Shown: piece by piece, positions 58,138-64,000 of the stretch
Layout of the letters: each line of letters opens with the position of its first letter
How positions within the stretch are numbered: the stretch's first letter is position 1
DNA from: Antedon mediterranea
Taxonomy: Eukaryota > Animalia > Echinodermata
Direction: 5' to 3'
Assembly: GCF_964355755.1 (NCBI RefSeq)
Contig: NC_092671.1
Location: 26,114,070-26,178,069 of the forward strand
Length of the DNA: 64,000 nucleotides
Translations under genes and position numbers: made by a program
Notes under the pieces: generated by a model
Told to the model about the DNA's origin: nothing
What the model saw: only the letters and a program-made list of their open reading frames with translations
Database searches by the model: none

Positions 58138-60422
58138 CTTTATTTTTTACTAGCACTAAAAAAAAAGAAACAATATTTCATGCATCTATATTTCATTAAA
58201 AATATTTCTAATATATAATTATATATAGTACACGAGTTTTGTCATATTGCATTTATTGTTTATTTACAGATACAATCTGTATAGATATATTTTATTAAAT
58301 TTATAGTTTATGATATAAAGAAAGAAACATTAAATTAGTGGACAAAATGGCATTAACAATCAACGTAAAATGAGACCGTTTAACGTTAAAAACCTTCTCT
58401 TTGTTTTTGTTCTTTTTTAGATATAAGGTTTAACTTACATATATGTTCCCATACGAAGTATTAATTAACAGTTTTTTAAAGAAAATTTCTTTCAATAACA
58501 ATAATATTATGTCTTTTACATTTATCCATGTTTATAATTTGAAATATTTGTTTTCGGAGATTTATCCATATAAGAACCAAAATGACAAGGAGGATTGTTT
58601 TTCATTAAAAAACAAATGATGGGTTGAACGTTTAGTAGTTTCGCGTTTTATGACACATATATTCAGCAAGTAGTTGATCAAACAATAATGTAACTACATC
58701 TTGTCTGAGTAGTAGCAAGATAATTTACTTCTTTTAATATGCAACATAAGTAAATCTTACCAATGTATTACGTACTTTTGCATTCGTGTTGTTTATTAAC
58801 AGAATAAACATTCACATTTTTGGGTAATTGGGTTTTTAAGATTTCCTGTGTAATTTATGTGTAATATGTACATTTGTATCTAAGACAACATTATATTTAT
58901 TTGCAACAAGGTTGTACTAATTTTGAATTGAATTCCTGTCTACACTTTTCGTCTTCAAAAAATAATGATGATAATGTATTACTTTTTATTTGAATGTGTC
59001 AAACATTAGTAAGCCTATTAGTTGATGTCATTATGTTACAACACCAAAACAAAATGAATATTAAAGATGTTTTGTCTCTGAAGTATGTAAGATAAAGATA
59101 AATAAAAACAATGATTTCATTAATAAAGCTGAAACTTACCAAACCTTCTTTAAGTTAAGGTTTTTTCAGGTAAATATATGTTTTTTCGATAAAATGATCA
59201 GTGAATAACTACAATGTGACATTAAAATTACATTATTATTTTAACAAAAAACATTTTTTTTGCTTAGAGGTATCCTTAAAATAAACAATAATTATTATTT
59301 GCTAATCATATAAGTATACATACACCTTTGACAGATTACTTACCGGATTAACGTAATAATATCAAATGGAGTGTACAGTATGTCCGCCAACAAATACCAA
59401 ATCAAAGTGACCAAGCCAAATTATGTTCATTGGTATTATATCTCAAATTAGTGACGTATATGTTAGTTAATTACAATTGGAGTTGGTGGGGATTAGTGTA
59501 ATCCCTGTATAGAATTCTTTATGACATCAGTTCAATAATCGATTTAATCCTAATTCTAAAATTCTGATTTGGTATTGATTGAATCTTATTAACTGACCTA
59601 ATAAAAACAATATGTATATTTCTGTTGATACTTATATTGTTTCTGCAAACTTTAGCTCTACCTCTTAATAGGCCTACAGGTCTACCTCCAATCAAAGGTC
59701 AATGTTTGGGACACAGATGGAGCAGCTAATGATAAAAGACAGGTAATAATACAAAACGGAAAGACGATTCAGCACAATTATATTTATCCGCTTTGATATG
59801 CATTTTATAAGCAATAAATAAACTTTTCCCCAAACTTTATTTTCAGGGAGACTATGGGGTAGTACTACTAGGGATAAAGATGCAATAAAGCAAACATTTT
59901 GAAAACATTGTCGAAAATGATATTTTTTTAGTCACGCGAATGATGTAAACTGCTGGCCGCTTGGCGAATGCACGAAATAAACAAAGTAAAAAATTGAATA
60001 TTAAATTACGTTTTTTAGTAATTTATTTGATATATTATAGCAACATTGTCAATATCAAATTACGGATTGTTAAACACCTTTAAAAACTTGATAAATACAA
60101 AAAAAAAATGAATATGAATTTTGTCTAAAGTAAGACATTTTGGCCACAAAGTGGGATGTTTCGGCACAAAAGTGGGCCGAATCGTCCCACCAAAAAATTG
60201 GGCCGAATCATCCTAGGCCGAATTGTCTCAGGGCCGAGTCGTCCTGGATTCTGGAGGTAGACCTGTAACTGTTTTGTATCACGGTATTTATTTTACTGTC
60301 AAATTATTATTACTGAGATTTTTAATGATAATTAAGTTTATGAAAACAAATTAGAACCAACACAGCGAATTTGTCGAACCTTTCCTACTTATTTCTGTAC
60401 TTATATAGTAAATAGTTATTAT

Positions 60423-60473
60423 CAGGGAAGAGTTAAATTACAACTAACTAACAACTAATTTAACTCTTCCCTG
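60423..60473. mobile_element. Ultra-short (51 bp) hAT-type MITE
   Basis: 18-bp TIRs CAGGGAAGAGTTAAATTA / TAATTTAACTCTTCCCTG and an exact 8-bp TSD GTTATTAT (60415-60422, 60474-60481). A related 38-bp hairpin lies at 50372-50409. Confidence 0.75.
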
Positions 60474-62429
60474 GTTATTATACAGTTTCGGAAATATTTA
60501 ATTATTATTATTGGTGTAACCTGAGATGATTAGGGTCAGTGATTCGGTTAACTTTGTATTTTTCATCTCAGTCGTTGTCTTTTTAAAATGTAATTGGCAA
60601 TAAGATAATACTATATTATAATAATTACTAAATTATTTAATTATGATTAAAATAATAATTGTTTAGTCTTAAGCTAAAACCAATGTTGCTAGTAGTCTAC
60701 AGAAATAAGTACAATACCATTACTGGAATTATTAATAGCCAGGGTAGCCACAAAAAATTGATATTAAATGAATTGATTTTGTTTTAAACAATATACATAT
60801 TTCGTTGCTTTTATTAATATCCGTTTCCTTGCTATAAATCAATAACAATATAATCTCTTCGATCTACACCTGTTTGGATTATAATTATTTATGAACGACT
60901 CGATAACAAAGGATTCAATGATAATCAATTATTGTATCATTGCGCAATCTCAACTATTCAGTATCAACAAGTCTGCAAAGCAATTATATACTAGTGACGA
61001 CTATGTCATGTACTCAGAAAATAGAAATATATAATTATTCCCGGAGGTTATAAATGGCAGCTTGGCGCGCCACACACTTGCATATTTTAAGTCAATGTTG
61101 CTCTGTAATTTTCTTGGTAGGGCCTATTAACATAATTATGTGTCCATGTGTAGTTATTTGTTTATTACATATCCTTTGTAAACGTGATTGGTTGAAACTG
61201 CATCACATGACTACCGCCCTAGGATCGTAAATCTTTTACCGTATGTCCTCGAATACGATGATATTTTCGCGTGTTTATCGTGTTGCTGTCATTAAATGTA
61301 TATAATCCATCAAATTCTCGACTAGAAATGTATGGTTCCTAGGGAGAATGCTGTCCGAGGTAGCTGCATGAATCATTAATTAAATAAACCTATTTAGCCT
61401 AAACTTATGTATTTTTTTCGTTATTTCATCATTCATAGGCTATAATTACGTTTTTAAAAGCTCACTTTAATGCAATTTTAAGGCAAGTTATCACTAATTT
61501 GATAACGTTCAATCCTCAAATTCTCTCGTACCAACTCTTGCAGCCGTTCCAGCAATGTCTTCAACTTTGATTAGTGTCTCTAGGCCTCTGTAGGCCTACG
61601 CCTTGTTTCACAAAACTATGACGTAATTAATTAGACCACACGATTTTTATAATTGTTCTTCCTTTTACTCCCTGACACCAAATCCTGTACTGTAGATCCA
61701 CGTTTATTACTAGTGAAACGTAACGTAAATGTTTAGTTAGATGACTAGATTAGCATTAAACTATACAGACTGTTTAATTAATTTGTCAAATATTTAGTAT
61801 TAATTTTAACTGTGTTTTCCATTAGGCGAATTTGTATTAGCGAGGATCGTTTTTATATTTTTTCGAATGTTTAGGTAAAAGTTCGAATAGTGTCTACACT
61901 TTCCCAACCAATATATATGTGTAGTCGACAAAGTAATCAATACATTGGAAACATAAAATTTACCCTCAATACGTATTTATTGACAAACAAACCAAATGAA
62001 AAATAAAATAACATCTTAATAGTACAGCAAAAAGTATTAATGTTTTAATCGGATGTACCACGAGTCCGATTATATATTAATAAATTATCCTGAACATAAA
62101 TATTTATTTGTAGTATATTATAATTATTATTAAACTATCTTTGCCTTCTCGTCTAAATAAAATGTATAATCATATTGTAGCAGACTTCATTTGTATTTGG
62201 AGAATCCTTGTGATACCAGGGTATTTCTAATATTCGAATTCACCATCCATTTCCAGTGCCTCAAGAAGGAGCTCATCGGAGCCTTAAATTAAATAAAATA
62301 TCTAGTTTGTACAATAATGATAGCAACAATAATTCATTTTAAAATGACCAAAACATAAATGGAACGATGGATTGAATTTTGTTGACCAACTTCTCCGTAA
62401 CATTACGGTAGTTTATAATCTTGCCATAA

Positions 62430-63868
62430 CTATCGACCAGCAGGAAATGCCATCGGAACTCCTAAGTTTATTTCTGAGGTTAAAGAAAATTAAACTAAGC
62501 TCAAAAAGAATATAAGACAGTCTATATGCTAATTCTATAAAATTAAGAAAATGTAAAATAAGATAATATTAAACATTTATTATGTGTTTAAAGTAAAAAA
62601 AAAACAGAACAAAATGTCAAAGATAATGGAAAATGTTATTTTGCTAGACGAGAGGCGATATCTCCATCAATGCATACATTGAAGTAGGTCAACCAAACTT
62701 AATCACTCGGCACATTAGTGATATGAAATAGTTAATTATTTAATTTTGCCTATCGAAAGCGGAGTGATATTTTCATACACTTGCTAAATTAAAAAATATG
62801 TCTGATAATACCTCCTGCTGCTGCAGTGGTGCTGGCCGCTGCTGTAAAATACAAGAAATATCAGAGTCCAATTATTACAATTAACATTATATGATTTACA
62901 ATTCACAACATCTTTTTATGCTTTAAATAAAATTCATTTGCTTAATTACAAATCATGTTTCATAATATAATTACCTGCTGCAGCAGTGGAGCTGCCCGCT
63001 GCTGTAAAATAAAAAAGAATCATGGTCCAATTATAACATTATTTGATATACAATTCATAGTATATTTGTTATGCTTTTGATACATTTGATTTGTTTTATT
63101 ACAAATCATGTTTCCTAATAATTATAATTACGATACCTGCTGTAACAGTGTCGCTTTCATCTTGGAAATTTACTTCTGAAATAGATAAAATATAAATTTG
63201 TAACAACAAATGATATTTTTTTTATATTATTATTTAAAAACAAAACGGGAATCTTGTATATTTTTACCAACAAATTATTGGCCTAACTAAAGGATATCTA
63301 TGTCCTTTTTTTTCTTTTTAGATAAAAATGTTCAATATAAGTATACAACTTCATTATTCATTTTAAATTGTTTTTATTTTTCAAATTTAATTGAAAATTG
63401 AACCGTGCGAATCCAATACGTAATCGTGTCGTCATTTACCTTTGCCGTCTCCTAAAATTAGAAAATAAAAATAATATTAATTTAAATATACAAGTACAGC
63501 TACATTCCCTAGATATATTCCAGACAATATTCCAGAGCGCTATGAGTTAACAAAAGTATCATGTCTTCAACATTCAATAAGTAAGTTTATAACACATTAT
63601 AAGGCCTAAAAAGACTACATATGCGTGATTACAAAATAAGTCTGAAAAATTACCTGCTGCCGCAGTGGTGCTAACCGCTGCTATAAAATACAAGAAATAT
63701 CATAGTCCAATTATTACAATTAACATTATTTGATTTACAATTCATAACATCTTTTTATGCTTTAAATAAAATTCATTTGCTTAATTACAAATCATGTTTC
63801 CATTTGCTTAATTACAAATCATGTTTCATAATAATAATTACCTGCTGCAGCAGTGGAGCTGCCCGCTG
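62430..63868 (-). CDS. Micro-exon gene B (3' part; paralog of gene A), Ala/Ser/Thr-rich repeats, continues beyond the window
   Basis: Exons in transcript order: 63868-63842 (AAGSSTAAA); 63680-63654 (AAVSTTAAA); 63451-63440 (GDGK); 63175-63137 (EVNFQDESDTVTA); 63001-62975 (AAGSSTAAA); 62841-62812 (AAASTTAAAG); 62461-62430 (GVPMAFPAGR-stop). Internal exons are 3n, phase 1-1, with GT-AG boundaries. Confidence 0.75.
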
Positions 63869-64000
63869 CTGTAAAATAAAAAAGAATCATGGTCCAATTA
63901 TAACATTATTTGATATACAATTCATAGCATATTTTGTATGCTTTTGATACATTTGATTTGTTTTATTACAAATCATGTTTCCTAATAATTATAATTACGA
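62800..64000. repeat. Tandem segmental duplication (period about 840-870 bp) of the exon-intron cassette of gene B
   Basis: 62800-63133 recurs at 63640-64000 with near identity in both exons and introns. The second copy has an extra 27-bp internal duplication (63774-63827). Confidence 0.88.

Noticed and set aside
59340-59530. Candidate non-coding first exon and promoter of micro-exon gene A (minus-strand donor near 59343, TATA-like and CRE-like motifs)
   Set aside because: Plausible, because the ATG exon has an acceptor at 58156. However, several alternative donors exist (e.g. about 59139) and such motifs are common in AT-rich DNA.
60140-60252. Short iterated GGCCGAATCGTCC motifs
   Set aside because: They look like subterminal repeats of a DNA transposon fragment. 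No matching opposite end was found, so no call is made.

Overview
This is AT-rich eukaryotic genomic DNA with GT-AG introns. It is most likely a marine invertebrate deuterostome such as an echinoderm or hemichordate, inferred from gene and repeat style. (1) Positions 433-46384 (+) hold the 3' part of one giant receptor protein tyrosine phosphatase gene: 60 exons hand-spliced into an open frame of about 4,750 codons, with the N-terminus outside the window. The protein has at least 26 tandem copies of an unrecognised 130-149 aa acidic 4-Cys domain, 6 FN3 domains, an R3-type juxtamembrane domain with an RRRRR site, a TM helix and one PTP domain. The PTP domain's WPD loop reads WPA, equivalent to a natural substrate-trap substitution. 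(2) Positions 51461-58137 (-) and 62430-63868 (-, running off the window) hold two related micro-exon genes almost invisible to the ORF track. The first has a signal-peptide exon plus a chain of 9-72 nt symmetric phase-1 exons encoding an acidic Ala/Gly-rich secreted protein. Both genes share a VN(F/L)Q motif. (3) The introns carry a 5'-truncated CR1/L2-like LINE and several MITEs (Harbinger, Kolobok, hAT and Tc1/mariner types). They also carry a Helentron-like element containing a tRNA-Val copy, a Penelope-type minimal hammerhead ribozyme, SINE copies and minisatellites. All gene models were spliced by eye and need RNA-seq confirmation.
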